Source of the DNA: Thermoplasmata archaeon
GTDB lineage: Archaea > Thermoplasmatota > Thermoplasmata > Lutacidiplasmatales > UBA184
Reading direction: 5' to 3'
NCBI GenBank assembly: GCA_050011355.1
Contig: JBEKJG010000006.1
Span: 30,640 to 94,639 of the forward strand
Length of the DNA stretch: 64,000 nt
Shown here: piece by piece, positions 7,057 to 17,228 of the stretch
How the letters are laid out: each line of letters opens with the position of its first letter
Numbering within the stretch: position 1 is the stretch's first letter
Notes under the pieces: generated by a model
Seen by the model: the letters and a program-made list of their open reading frames with translations, nothing else
What the model was told of the DNA's origin: nothing
Database searches by the model: none
Program-made: the position numbers and the translations under genes

Positions 7057-10000
7057 ATGTACCCGGTCCTGGGGGGTTGGGAACCGTTATCCTTGTGGTG
7101 GAAGAATGAGGCGACGGACGGAGAGGTCGACATGGAGGCGTGGGCGGAGTGGGTCCGGACCGGGTTTCGAGACGGTACTTTCGCCCCGCGAGTCGGGTTC
7201 GTCACCGCGGTGGTTGGCCTACTCCTCCTCTCATCAGTCCTCGTCGGGGTGGTCGCATCGGCAGGACCGTCGAGCTTCCCCACGGCTCGCTCGGCTCCGA
7301 CAGTACCGCTCGCTACGCACTCCCTGCCTCCGTCGGGGGGCCGAGCTACCCCGGCGTCGGGGGGCGTCGGGACGGTCATCGACACCCTGGACCTCCCGTC
7401 GAATCGGTTACTCGCCGGCAACCAAGCCCCGGCCCCACAGGGGACTCCCCAGATGCTACTTTTCGACCCCGGCAACGGCAACTTCTACGTTCGCGGGAAT
7501 GCGGGTCAGACGATCAGTGTCGTCAACGCGTCGACCGACGCCGTGCTGACCAGCCTGACCGTGGGCTACGGCGGGAGTGCCTACATTCCGAACGTCCCCA
7601 CGGTCGCCCTGGACCCGGCCACCGGTGACCTGTTCGAGACGAACCCCACCTCTGGGACGGTCGGGGTGATCTCGACCTCCACGAACCTATTGACGCATTC
7701 CGTCCCACTCGGCACGGGACCGGGAGGTATCGTATTCGACCCGGCGAACGGGAACTTCTACACCTCCAATTGGTACAGCGACAATGTCTCCGTCATCTCG
7801 GGTTCGACCGACCAGCTCCTGGGGTCCATCCACGTCGGAGGCGAGCCGGGCGCGATCCTGTACGACCCGAACAACACGGAGGTGTTCGTATCGAACTTCA
7901 ACACCGGCAACGTCTCGGTCATCAACTCGACGACCGAGTCGGTGGTGGCAAACCCCCGGACTGGCCTCAGCGGCTCTGAGCCGCTCGCACTGACGCTGAA
8001 CACGGCGAACGACCTGGTCTATGTCGTCAACTCGCTCACCAACAACATCACGGTGATCAACGGGACGACCAACAACGCGACTGCGACCGTTCCCGTGGGG
8101 TCGGTACCGACCTCCGCCACCTATGCCGTGTCGACCGACCAGCTCCTGGTCGCGAACGGAGCCTCGAACAACGTGACCGTGCTCCAGCTCCCCGCGAACA
8201 CTGCCGTGGCCAGCATCGCCATCGGACACGGCGCCCAGGGCGCGGTCTACGACCCCCACAGCGGTGACGTTTACACGGCGAACTATGGGTCGAACAACGT
8301 CAGCATCCTCGACCCGTCCACCGACACGTGGGTCGGGGCGGTGACGACCGGCAATTTCCCGGAAGAGATCGCCGTCGACCTGCATGACGGCAACGTGTAC
8401 GTGGCCAACCTCGGGACGGACGCCGTCGACTCGAACCTCACGGTCATCTCCGGCACGACCTCCCTTTCGATCGGTTCGGTCGGACTGACCGCGATCCCGA
8501 CCTCCCTGACCGCGGTCCCGGGCGGCAACCTCTACGCCATCGACTACGGCGGCTCGGACGCCTACATCATCTCCGAGTCGACCAACCACGAGACGGGGGT
8601 CGTTCCCGCCGCGTCGCCGGAGCCGACCTACTCGGCGTTCGACACCGCGACGGACGACCTGTACATCACGAGCGAACCCACGGGGGCGGTCAACGTCGTC
8701 ACGACGACCGGAACCGTGGTGGCGACCCTCAACCTGGGATTCGGCTCGGACGGCGTCGCCTACGACCCCTCGAACGGCGAGGTCTACGTCTGCAACTACT
8801 ACAGCGGAAACGTCACCATCATCGACGGGACGACCGAGACGGTCCACTCCGTGATCACGGTCCAGACATTCGACAGCCTGGGCGCCGAGATCTACGACCC
8901 GGCCGATTCCTCGGTCTACGTGGCGGACTATCTCGACCACAACGTGACCGTGGTCAGCGGGGGAGCCACCGACGGCTCGATCCAGGTCGGGACCGACCCC
9001 TCCTCGTTCGCCTACGATCCCCAGAATGACACCATCTTCGTCGCGAACTACGGTTCGAACAACATCAGCGTGATCAACGCGACGACCAACCAGCTCGTCG
9101 GGACGGTCTCCGGATACTACCCCGACTACCTGGCGTACGACTCCGGAACCAACTCGGTCTACGTGGCGTCCGCGGAGAACGGGGAGGTCGATGCGTTCAA
9201 CGCTTCGACGTACCTCACGCTCGGGTCGCCGTTGATGATCAACTCCTCCGTCCGTTCGGGCGGGATCGCCTACGGCGCCACCTCCGGCGACATCTACGTG
9301 ACGAACGAGTTCGGCGGTTCGCTCTCGGTCATCTCAAGCTCCAACGTCTCGAGCTACCCGGTCACCTTCGTGGAGAACGGGCTCCCGTCCGGCACGAGCT
9401 GGGGCGTGACCCTCGGCGGAACACCGAACCTGTCGACCACCCCCGACGTCGGGTTCACCGAACTGAACGGCTCATACCCCTTCTCGGTCGGGAGCGTAAC
9501 GGGATACGTTGCGAACGTCACTTCCGGTAACGCGGTGGTCGCGGGCAAGGCCGTGACGGTGTTCATCGGATTCACGCCCAACTCCTCCCCGAATTCCTTC
9601 CCCGTCCAGTTCAACGAAACCGGCCTCCCGACGGGGACGCAGTGGGGAATCTCCCTGACGCCGTCCGGCGCGGGCTCCCTCGGCGAAGCCGCCCCCTCGC
9701 CCATCCTCTTCGAGCTGTCGAACGCAAGCTACTCGTTCCACGTCGGTGCGGTCAGCGGGTACACTTCCTCGCCGAGCTCGGGCCCTTTCACCGTCGCCGG
9801 ATTGCCGGTCTACGTAGACGTCACCTTCACGGCTGCTTCCACTACCCTCACGGCCTCGCTCACGATCGACCCCTCGAACCTGACCCTGGGTTCGAGCACC
9901 ACCCTCACGACGTCCGCCTCCGGCGGAGCGCCCCCCTACTCGTACGTGTACGCGGGCCTCCCGGCGGGCTGCACCTCCTCCAACGTCGCCACGTTCAGCT

Positions 10001-10293
10001 GCACCCCCACGGTCGATGGGACGTTCACGGTCGCGGTGACCGTCACCGACCACAACGGGACCCAAGCGGTGGCCCACGCTTCGCTGACGGTCCACGCGCC
10101 GGCGGTCGTCACGACGACGAGCGGTTCCTCCAGCCTGCTTTGGATCGTCGTCGCGGTCGTCGTCATCCTCGCCGTGCTGCTGCTGCTCTTCTTCTTCGCG
10201 TGGCGACGCCGAAAGAAGGACGACCAGCTTCCTCCGCCCTCCTCGTCGGCAGCTGTGCCCCCCCCGCCGACTCCGCCGCCCGGTTCCACCTAG
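7057..10293 (+). CDS. Large surface protein: YVTN beta-propeller repeats, Ig-like domains and a C-terminal TM anchor
   Basis: Many ~40-aa repeats of the YVTN type (G.P.GI.FDP.NGN.YV.N..S.NVSVI...T). One He_PIG-like module (GGAPPYSYVYAGLPAGC...FSCTP..DGTFTVAVTVTD). TM LLWIVVAVVVILAVLLLLFFFAW followed by RRRKK and a Pro-rich tail. Dense N-x-S/T sequons. Alternative start ATG 7132 (MEAWAEW) has an SD-like GGAGAGG upstream. Confidence 0.85.
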   Translation: MYPVLGGWEPLSLWWKNEATDGEVDMEAWAEWVRTGFRDGTFAPRVGFVTAVVGLLLLSSVLVGVVASAGPSSFPTARSAPTVPLATHSLPPSGGRATPASGGVGTVIDTLDLPSNRLLAGNQAPAPQGTPQMLLFDPGNGNFYVRGNAGQTISVVNASTDAVLTSLTVGYGGSAYIPNVPTVALDPATGDLFETNPTSGTVGVISTSTNLLTHSVPLGTGPGGIVFDPANGNFYTSNWYSDNVSVISGSTDQLLGSIHVGGEPGAILYDPNNTEVFVSNFNTGNVSVINSTTESVVANPRTGLSGSEPLALTLNTANDLVYVVNSLTNNITVINGTTNNATATVPVGSVPTSATYAVSTDQLLVANGASNNVTVLQLPANTAVASIAIGHGAQGAVYDPHSGDVYTANYGSNNVSILDPSTDTWVGAVTTGNFPEEIAVDLHDGNVYVANLGTDAVDSNLTVISGTTSLSIGSVGLTAIPTSLTAVPGGNLYAIDYGGSDAYIISESTNHETGVVPAASPEPTYSAFDTATDDLYITSEPTGAVNVVTTTGTVVATLNLGFGSDGVAYDPSNGEVYVCNYYSGNVTIIDGTTETVHSVITVQTFDSLGAEIYDPADSSVYVADYLDHNVTVVSGGATDGSIQVGTDPSSFAYDPQNDTIFVANYGSNNISVINATTNQLVGTVSGYYPDYLAYDSGTNSVYVASAENGEVDAFNASTYLTLGSPLMINSSVRSGGIAYGATSGDIYVTNEFGGSLSVISSSNVSSYPVTFVENGLPSGTSWGVTLGGTPNLSTTPDVGFTELNGSYPFSVGSVTGYVANVTSGNAVVAGKAVTVFIGFTPNSSPNSFPVQFNETGLPTGTQWGISLTPSGAGSLGEAAPSPILFELSNASYSFHVGAVSGYTSSPSSGPFTVAGLPVYVDVTFTAASTTLTASLTIDPSNLTLGSSTTLTTSASGGAPPYSYVYAGLPAGCTSSNVATFSCTPTVDGTFTVAVTVTDHNGTQAVAHASLTVHAPAVVTTTSGSSSLLWIVVAVVVILAVLLLLFFFAWRRRKKDDQLPPPSSSAAVPPPPTPPPGST

Positions 10294-10389
10294 AGGGGCC
10301 GGGGCGCGTCCCGAGCGAGCGGGTGGGGCGTTGCATTCGAGGCGTCGCCGGGTCCGCACGTTATACCGCGACGTCGGTTACCGGACCCG

Positions 10390-10884
10390 ATGGCCCTCAC
10401 CAAGACCGAACGTGAACTGCATCGCAAGATGGGTACCCGATGCTTCAACGAGGCGTGGGACTACCTCGAGAAACGTCACCGGACCGCCCGGGACGACCGG
10501 CAGTTGCTCCACCTCGTCCACGCTTCGCGCTACCACTGGGACCTCGCGGGGACGGCCCAGAACCGGGCGATCGCGGACTGGCAGGTCTCCCGGGCCTACG
10601 CCGCGCTCCGGTCCCCCACGCTCGCGATCCAGTTCGCCCGCTCCGCGCTCGACCTCTGCGAGGAGAACGACCTCGCGGAGTTCCTCGCCACCGCCTACGA
10701 GGCGATGGCCCGCGCGCACGCGACGGCGGGAGAGCTCCGTCCGGCCCGCCAGTTCCTCTCGAAGGCCCGGGCGCAGCTGGACGTGAGCCCCCTCGACGCG
10801 GAGGGACGCGAGGTCTACCGGAGCCAGATCCGCGAGACCGAACGTCTCGTTCAACGTGCGGCAAAGCGCCGCCGCCCGGCCTAG
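10390..10884 (+). CDS. Conserved-looking helical protein of unknown function
   Basis: 164-aa ORF with non-repetitive composition (NEAWDYLEK...HASRYHW...DWQVSRAYAAL). No family recognised by eye. Confidence 0.55.
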   Translation: MALTKTERELHRKMGTRCFNEAWDYLEKRHRTARDDRQLLHLVHASRYHWDLAGTAQNRAIADWQVSRAYAALRSPTLAIQFARSALDLCEENDLAEFLATAYEAMARAHATAGELRPARQFLSKARAQLDVSPLDAEGREVYRSQIRETERLVQRAAKRRRPA

Positions 10885-12857
10885 TCCGGGTCGTTATGGC
10901 GCCGGGTCGTCCGGCGCATTGCCCCGCGGCGAACGCCGATCCCCACGGCGATGAGAGCGACCGCTCCGAGGCCGGCCACCAGCAGGTACCCTTCCCCCGC
11001 GGGCAGTCCGAGGAACGTGGGAGCCGGCGGGCCCACGACCGCCGAAGCGGAGGCTGCCGGTCCGAAGTAGTGGTAGTTCAACGCGAACACCTCCACGGAG
11101 ACTCGGGCTCCGTCCGATAGTCCCGTGATGGTGTAGGAGTCCGCCCAGGGCATCAGCGGAACCCAATGTTCGCAGGCGGAGCCGTTCGTGGTCCAGCAAA
11201 GTGTCAGGTTGAGGAGCGGCCCCCCGGACGTGTTCTCGGCCCATGTGGCGGTCACCGACGTGGTGTTCGTCGATGTGAGCGTCAGGGCCGGCGCGGGCGG
11301 GGCCGAAGGCTCGGCCAGCGGGCTGGTCGGCGCGTAGGGGAATTCCGGGAGCGCGGTGTTCCACAACCACCACTCGGTACCGGGGACGCTCGCCCCGGCC
11401 GACCCGTGCAGGGAGCAGGTGATCTCGCACGACCCCGAACGGGGGGACACGAGGTAGCTGCCGTTGTGGAAGAGGTTCGCCGTGCTGAACGTCCCCGACG
11501 GCCCGAAGATCCCCGGGTTCGCTTCCGTCCCGAGCGTCGACCACTCTCCGGTGACGGGGTTCAGGATGGCGGAGGTGTTGTTCCAGGCCTCGGCGACGAA
11601 CGGCCCGGCCGCGGTGATCGGGACGCGGTCGGAGGCTCCCCCCTCGACCCCGAGGTTCCCGCCGGCGTTGAGCGGTGGATGGGGCGGTCCGTAGGGACAG
11701 GTATTGATGGTGTTCGGCGGACCGACCGGGACGAACCCGGTCGCGATGCCGCCGACGATCGGCAGGTAGCCGTTGACGATCTTTCCGGCCGAGCAGTTTC
11801 CCGCCGTGAGCGACCACTCCCCCGCCGTGATGTTGTATCCTCCCGCGTCCGCGAACGCCGACTTGATCCCGGACGCCCACGCCCCTGCGAATTCCTCCGA
11901 GAGGTTGTTCCCGTTCCAGACCAGCTGCTGCCACTGGTCGAGTCGGCTGCCCCCGGCCTGTTCGTTGATGAACGAGTCGATCGACGGCATCCAGTCGAGG
12001 TTGTTCGCCTCGAAGTAGACGAGGATCGCGAGCTCCCGGGGGATCGCCCGCGCCGGGCTGCCGACCGGCACGCCGTAGACGACACCGGTCTCGTCGACGA
12101 CGACCGCCTCGTCGTCGCTCCCGTTCTGCCCGATGAGCATCCCCTGGACGTTCTTCTCCGTGTTCCCGATCCCGCCGGCGTTCGAGAACGTGAGTCCGGT
12201 GAAGGTGTACGTCCACACCGCTCCCGTCGAGACGTTCGCCACCTCTATCTCGACGCTGGGTTCGGGGTCTGCTTGGCAGCTCGTCGGGCAACCGATCGCG
12301 TAGATCTCGCTGCCGTCCTGCGTGATGTACTCGGTGTTCGCGACCCCGTTGTACAGCATGAGGTCCTCGTAGAGCGGCGTCCAGGCGGCGACCCTCGTCA
12401 CCGCGCCCGACGCGAAGTTGTCGAACACCAGGTCGTCGGAGACGTTGACGTAGAACACCCCGTCGGCGGTCCAGGAGACGATCGGAACCTGGGCCCCGTT
12501 GGTCTCGTTGCTCGCGGCCCCGGGAACATCCACGTACGACGCCAAGGTCGTGTACCCCGGCAGCACGAAGGTGGCGTTGCCGTAGAGGGTCGGATCGGGG
12601 TTGACCGGTAAGTCGGTTGCCGTCGCGACCGACGTCCCCGCGGAATGGTGCGCTGCGGCTGGGGACAGCGGCAGGCCGCCAGATCCGATCCTCCGGACGT
12701 CGACCCCTAGGCTGACGGTGGACACGACCAGGAACGCGATCAAGGCGATCGCGGCGATCGGCACCTGTAGGGAGGGCCGGCTCGCCATGCGTGGTTTCGT
12801 CACGGGGCTCCGTAGGGACTGTGGTCCTGGGAGGGTACGAGGACCCATGCAGGACAC
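10881..12857 (-). CDS. Secreted or membrane-anchored glycoprotein with an FN3-like domain and C-terminal TM anchor
   Basis: N-terminal hydrophobic segment IAAIALIAFLVVSTVSL. FN3-like LTSTNTTSVTATWAENTSGGPLLNLTLCW...YTITGLSDGARVSVEVFALN. C-terminal TM YLLVAGLGAVALIAVGIGV followed by RR. Alternative starts at ATG 12848 (SD GAGGAG 8 nt upstream) and ATG 12788. Confidence 0.7.
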   Translation of the reverse strand: MSCMGPRTLPGPQSLRSPVTKPRMASRPSLQVPIAAIALIAFLVVSTVSLGVDVRRIGSGGLPLSPAAAHHSAGTSVATATDLPVNPDPTLYGNATFVLPGYTTLASYVDVPGAASNETNGAQVPIVSWTADGVFYVNVSDDLVFDNFASGAVTRVAAWTPLYEDLMLYNGVANTEYITQDGSEIYAIGCPTSCQADPEPSVEIEVANVSTGAVWTYTFTGLTFSNAGGIGNTEKNVQGMLIGQNGSDDEAVVVDETGVVYGVPVGSPARAIPRELAILVYFEANNLDWMPSIDSFINEQAGGSRLDQWQQLVWNGNNLSEEFAGAWASGIKSAFADAGGYNITAGEWSLTAGNCSAGKIVNGYLPIVGGIATGFVPVGPPNTINTCPYGPPHPPLNAGGNLGVEGGASDRVPITAAGPFVAEAWNNTSAILNPVTGEWSTLGTEANPGIFGPSGTFSTANLFHNGSYLVSPRSGSCEITCSLHGSAGASVPGTEWWLWNTALPEFPYAPTSPLAEPSAPPAPALTLTSTNTTSVTATWAENTSGGPLLNLTLCWTTNGSACEHWVPLMPWADSYTITGLSDGARVSVEVFALNYHYFGPAASASAVVGPPAPTFLGLPAGEGYLLVAGLGAVALIAVGIGVRRGAMRRTTRRHNDPD

Positions 12858-12945
12858 TCCTCTTCACGTTGAACCACGCTGGGCGCGGCCAGGCAGAGTG
12901 CTCTCCGGGCCCCTTGGCCACCCAGGTCGGAAGAGGGCGCGGAGC

Positions 12946-13842
12946 TCACCCTCCGAGGGCCTTGACTGGAGGAGAGGGAAGACCCCTCCGGACGAATCGG
13001 GCGGAGATCGCCTGGCCGACCCGGACCACGAGATAAACGGAGAACGCGATGGTGACGATGAAGAAGCTTGCGGGGTACTGCGCGTAGAATTGGACGAACA
13101 GCCCCACCCACGTGGCGAACAGCGCCACCGCGATCGAGACCAGGACCGCATAGAGTGGACGCCGGGTGAGCCGCACCGCCACTGCGGCCGGGGTGACCAT
13201 CAGAGCAAAGATCAGAAGCACACCAATCACCTGGACCGCGATCGAGATCGCGACGGCGAGGAGGAGCATGAACGTCAGGCCGAGCGCGAGCATCGGCATA
13301 CCCTTCGCCTCCGCGACGTCCTCGTCCAGCGAGGCGAACAGCAGCCGCCGGTAGATCAGCGCGATCACTACGAGGACGACCGCGCTCGCCTCGAGCGTGA
13401 ACAGGACCCCGCTGTCGCTGATGCCCAGTATTTCTCCGAACAGGATCGAGTACGCCTCGGTCGCATAGCCGTTGTAGAGGCTGATGAACAGCAGGCCCAA
13501 TCCCAGCATGAACGCCAACACGGTCCCGATCTCGATGTCCCGGTTCGCCGCCCGGGGCCCCAGCAGCGCCATCCCGGTCGCCCCGGTGGAGGTGAACAGA
13601 AGGAGACCGTAGACGGGGTTCACCCCGAGGAGTACCGCCGCGGCCGCGCCCGAGAACCCGACATGTCCGAGCGCGTGCGTCGCGAAGGCAGAGCGGCGGA
13701 TAATGACGAAGTAGCCGATGATGCCGGCAACGATCGAGATGATCGTGCCGGCTTCGAAGGCATTGCGCATGAACCCGAACTCCCACATCGTGCGGAGGTC
13801 GGTGATCAGGTTCCAGCTGAACGGAACCAGGTCGCCGGTCAT
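12946..13842 (-). CDS. Metal (Zn/Mn-type) ABC transporter permease, ABC-3 family
   Basis: 298-aa polytopic ORF (FMRNAFEAGTIISIVAGIIGYFVIIRR..THALGHVGFSGAA) typical of ZnuB/MntB/TroC. Overlaps the ATPase gene by 4 nt. Confidence 0.85.
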   Translation of the reverse strand: MTGDLVPFSWNLITDLRTMWEFGFMRNAFEAGTIISIVAGIIGYFVIIRRSAFATHALGHVGFSGAAAAVLLGVNPVYGLLLFTSTGATGMALLGPRAANRDIEIGTVLAFMLGLGLLFISLYNGYATEAYSILFGEILGISDSGVLFTLEASAVVLVVIALIYRRLLFASLDEDVAEAKGMPMLALGLTFMLLLAVAISIAVQVIGVLLIFALMVTPAAVAVRLTRRPLYAVLVSIAVALFATWVGLFVQFYAQYPASFFIVTIAFSVYLVVRVGQAISARFVRRGLPSPPVKALGG

Positions 13843-14666
13843 CCGTTCTCCCCCCCGTGCGGGTCCTCACCGCCGACGATCACGATGTTGTCGCGCGAGT
13901 CGTGGAGCACCTCGACCGGCACCCCGTAGAGTTCGGAGAGGGAGGCCGAGGTAAGAACCTCCTCCGGGGCGCCGGTGGCGACGTTGCCGTTGGCGATGTA
14001 GATCACCTTGTCCAGGCACTGGATCAGCGGGTTGATGTCGTGGGCCACGAGCAGGGTCGTGACGTGTCGAGTCTGCACGAGCCCGTGGATCACCTCCACC
14101 AGTTCGCGGCTGCGCCGGAGGTCCAGGTTGGACAGGGGCTCATCGAGGAGCAGCATCTCGGGATTTCCGACGAGGGCCTCGGCGAGGAAGACCCTCTGCA
14201 GTTCCCCTCCGGAGAGCGTGCCGAGCGGTTTCGGCCCAAGCTCGGCGGCCCCCACGGCCCGGAGCGCTCCGGCGGCCGCTTCCCGCTCGGGGCGGATCGA
14301 GAGGCCGGGCCCCCATTTTGTGCCTGACACACCGAGGCGAACCAGCGTTTCCGCGGCGACGTGCGTGTCGTTATCGATCGTATGCCGCTGGGGGACGTAA
14401 CCGATCCGCGAGTTCCCTCGCCGAGGGGTCGCACCGAATACCGTTAGCGACCCAGCCATGGGGTGCTGCAGTCCCAACAGGAGGCGAAAGAGCGTGGTCT
14501 TGCCGGCGCCGTTCGGTCCGATGACCGCCACGAACTCGCCTCGTCGGACGTCGAGCGTGGCGTCCTGCCAGACCACCTTCCCGCGATAACCGACCTCGAG
14601 ATGCTCGGCGCGCACGACCTCCGGCCCTTCACGGAGCTCGGCGGATCGTCGGTGCGATGCGTTCAC
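13839..14666 (-). CDS. Metal ABC transporter ATP-binding protein
   Basis: Walker A GPNGAGKTTLFRLL, signature LSGGELQRVFLAEAL, Walker B LLLDEP. Confidence 0.9.
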   Translation of the reverse strand: MNASHRRSAELREGPEVVRAEHLEVGYRGKVVWQDATLDVRRGEFVAVIGPNGAGKTTLFRLLLGLQHPMAGSLTVFGATPRRGNSRIGYVPQRHTIDNDTHVAAETLVRLGVSGTKWGPGLSIRPEREAAAGALRAVGAAELGPKPLGTLSGGELQRVFLAEALVGNPEMLLLDEPLSNLDLRRSRELVEVIHGLVQTRHVTTLLVAHDINPLIQCLDKVIYIANGNVATGAPEEVLTSASLSELYGVPVEVLHDSRDNIVIVGGEDPHGGENG

Positions 14667-14672
14667 GGTAGA

Positions 14673-15752
14673 TTATTGCCCGAGGGTCTTCGAGTTCAGC
14701 GCGTTCTGGAGGGCCACATACTCGGCTCCCATCCAGGCCTGGAAGCTAAGACTGGAGGGTTGGATGGTTTCGGTAACTCCGACGATCGAGACGTTGTTCT
14801 CCGCGGCGATGGCCTTCATCGAGGTCGTGATCGGGGTCACCGTCTGCTCGTTGTAGACCATAACCACTACGTGACCGCTCTCGAGCTGACACTGGAACTG
14901 CACGACGCTCTGAGCGGGCGGGTCGTTCCCTTCGGCGATCGCCTCCATGAAGGCCGGCGGGGAGACTAGGTCGAGGTTGGTGTAGTTCGCGAGGTAGACG
15001 AAGATGCTCTCGGTCGAGGCGACCTCCGTTCCTGCGAACTGGTGCTTGATCTCGGCCGCCTGACCGTACAGCTCTCCCAGGGAGACGTTCATGCTCGCAT
15101 AATTGGATTGAAAGTAGGCGGTGGAGGCCGGCTGTATCGCGACGAGGTCAGAATACATCGCCGCCAGCGTACGGTTCACGTACGTCGGGTTGTACCACAT
15201 GTGCGGGTTGCCGGACACAATTCCTCCTGACACGCTCACACCGTTCAATACCCCGACATTCAAGACCTCCTGCGGAGGGGCGCTCCGGGCGCCGATCAAC
15301 TGGAGCGCCCAGTCATCGTACCCCACCCCGTTCACGATGACGAACTCCGCGTCGTTGATCGCGATCGCGTCAGAGCTGTTCGCCTCGTATTCGTGCGGGT
15401 CGGCGTTGGGGTCGGTCACGATGCTGAGCACCGAGGTTTGGTTTCCCCCCAACTGAGAGACGAGACTCCCCCAGAAGTTTTCCGCCGCCACCACCGGAAT
15501 AACGGGGCCGGAACCCGTCACGCGGAACTCTCTATGGCCCGCAGGCGGGGCCGAGATTTCGGAAGACGGCAGGCTACTACCGGCCTCGACCGGTCGGACG
15601 GCAGACGGCCCGACACGGGGTACGACCTGGTTCGCATTGGTAGCGGCACAGGGGGAGTTGGGTGCCGAGCTGGAGTAGACCTCGTATCCGATCGCACTCG
15701 CCACCACGAGCACGACCGCCACGATCGCCACAATTCGCGTGGACTTCTGCAT
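14673..15752 (-). CDS. Metal ABC transporter substrate-binding protein (TroA/ZnuA cluster-9 type)
   Basis: VVAAENFWGSLVSQLGG...DPHEYEANSSDAIAINDAEFVIVNGVGYD. Start set at ATG 15752 (MQKSTRIVAIVAVVLVVASA, signal or anchor) rather than the ORF start at 15845, which would overlap the regulator gene. Confidence 0.8.
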   Translation of the reverse strand: MQKSTRIVAIVAVVLVVASAIGYEVYSSSAPNSPCAATNANQVVPRVGPSAVRPVEAGSSLPSSEISAPPAGHREFRVTGSGPVIPVVAAENFWGSLVSQLGGNQTSVLSIVTDPNADPHEYEANSSDAIAINDAEFVIVNGVGYDDWALQLIGARSAPPQEVLNVGVLNGVSVSGGIVSGNPHMWYNPTYVNRTLAAMYSDLVAIQPASTAYFQSNYASMNVSLGELYGQAAEIKHQFAGTEVASTESIFVYLANYTNLDLVSPPAFMEAIAEGNDPPAQSVVQFQCQLESGHVVVMVYNEQTVTPITTSMKAIAAENNVSIVGVTETIQPSSLSFQAWMGAEYVALQNALNSKTLGQ

Positions 15753-15790
15753 CGAGAACCCTCCTGTCTCCGCGACCTCGATCGGGCGGG

Positions 15791-16222
15791 TCACCCCGTC
15801 CGGCCTGGCGTGTGGCAAGGAGCAATCGGCTCTCCGTGCGGACACTCAACGGGGTGCCGCTGCGCGCGGCAAAGCTCCTCCACGGTCCTATGGGATAGGG
15901 CCAGGTCGATCTCCCGGGCCGCGGCGCAGGTCTTATCGGGCGCGAGCCCCAGACTGCCGAATAGGCTCTCGGCCACCCGGTGGTGGCGCTGATACTCGGT
16001 TAGTGTGCTCCGGCCCCGAGCGGTGAGGCGCGACTTCCCGCGGTGCCGCGCAATGAGGCCCAGGGCCTCCAGTGGCGTAAGGTGAGTCAACGCCGACGGG
16101 GCCCGGACGCCGAGGGCGGTCGCGGTGGCTTTGAGAGACACCCCTTGTTCAGGCGTCTCCCGGGCTCCGACCGCCCGCAGGGCGTCGACCTGACGACGGG
16201 TCAGCTGCTGGAGTGCCTCCAT
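15791..16222 (-). CDS. DtxR/MntR/SirR-family metal-dependent transcriptional repressor
   Basis: 143-aa ORF with a wHTH (VSLKATATALGVRAPSALTHLTPLEALGLI) plus a dimerisation/metal domain (YQRHHRVAESLF...EIDLALSHRTVEEL). It is the first gene of the metal-importer operon. Confidence 0.8.
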   Translation of the reverse strand: MEALQQLTRRQVDALRAVGARETPEQGVSLKATATALGVRAPSALTHLTPLEALGLIARHRGKSRLTARGRSTLTEYQRHHRVAESLFGSLGLAPDKTCAAAREIDLALSHRTVEELCRAQRHPVECPHGEPIAPCHTPGRTG

Positions 16223-16243
16223 GTTCCTTTCAGGTTCCGAGAG

Positions 16244-16250
16244 TATATTA
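16244..16250 (-). promoter_or_regulatory. TATA-like box (TAATATA on the minus strand) about 25 nt upstream of the repressor ATG at 16222
   Basis: Lies in the most AT-rich spacer of the window (16230..16290). Confidence 0.45.
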
Positions 16251-16257
16251 TCACATG

Positions 16258-16272
16258 TACTAATTATTAGTA
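16258..16272. promoter_or_regulatory. Perfect 7-1-7 palindrome TACTAAT-T-ATTAGTA, candidate DtxR-family operator
   Basis: Verified base by base. It sits immediately upstream of the TATA-like box of the repressor/importer operon. Confidence 0.5.
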
Positions 16273-16412
16273 ATTATGAAAATTCGAGAACTTCTCTTGG
16301 GTTGACTCCGTAGGAGTCGACCGGTTGCACTCGGCGACCCCATTCGTACCGGACGCCGGGAGGGGGACCCGGTGCGCTCTTCAGCCGGAGAGGAACTGAC
16401 CCTCGACGGGCC

Positions 16413-17228
16413 ATGACGATGATTCGGGAAGTTCGGGTGCCGGTCGAAGGACGCGAGATCGATTGCTTCCTCGCGTTCCCTGCCGATCACGGGTCACCTC
16501 GGCGGCATCCGGCGGTGATAGTGATCCACGAGATCTTCGGCCCGGATGCACACATCCAGGAAGTCTGCGGTAGGTTCGCCGCCCTGGGGTACGTCGCCGC
16601 GGCCCCAGATCTGTTCACGGGAGAGTTGCATCATCTCATGACCCCGGCCAACATCGGACTGGCCATGCAGGCGTTCGCCCAGGCCCCGGCCGACCTGCGG
16701 CGGGATCCCGCAAAGATGGCGGCGTTCGCTGAGTCCCAACCTCCGGAGCGGCGCCCAATCCTGGCGGCGTTCGGCAAGATCGGACAGCCCGCGGTCCAGG
16801 AGGGTTTCGCGAGAGACCTCCGAGGACTGGCCCAGTTCCTGCGGTCTGTCCCCGAGGTCGACCCTGCCCGGATCGGTTCGGTCGGATTCTGCTTCGGGGG
16901 CGCGATGTCCGCGAGGCTCGCGACGGTGGACCCGGACCTCCGGGCGGCCGTCATCTTCTACGGACAGAATCCGCCGCTCGAGTCCGTTCCTCACATCGGA
17001 GCCCGCGTATTGGGGCTCTACGGAGGCGAGGATCCGGGCATCACAGGGACCGTCCCTGCCTTCGCAACGGCGATGGCCGACGCGGGAAAACGCTTCGAAT
17101 ACCACGTGTACCCGGGTGCGAAGCACGCTTTCTTCAACAACACCCGACCCAACTTTCACGCCGAGAGCGCGGCCGATGCGTGGAACCGGGTCGTGGGCTT
17201 CTTCGCGGACACCTTAGGACCCTCGTAG
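16413..17228 (+). CDS. Dienelactone hydrolase family protein
   Basis: 271-aa ORF with PAVIVIHEIFG, nucleophile elbow GSVGFCFGG, and C-terminal YPGAKHAF. Confidence 0.85.
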   Translation: MTMIREVRVPVEGREIDCFLAFPADHGSPRRHPAVIVIHEIFGPDAHIQEVCGRFAALGYVAAAPDLFTGELHHLMTPANIGLAMQAFAQAPADLRRDPAKMAAFAESQPPERRPILAAFGKIGQPAVQEGFARDLRGLAQFLRSVPEVDPARIGSVGFCFGGAMSARLATVDPDLRAAVIFYGQNPPLESVPHIGARVLGLYGGEDPGITGTVPAFATAMADAGKRFEYHVYPGAKHAFFNNTRPNFHAESAADAWNRVVGFFADTLGPS

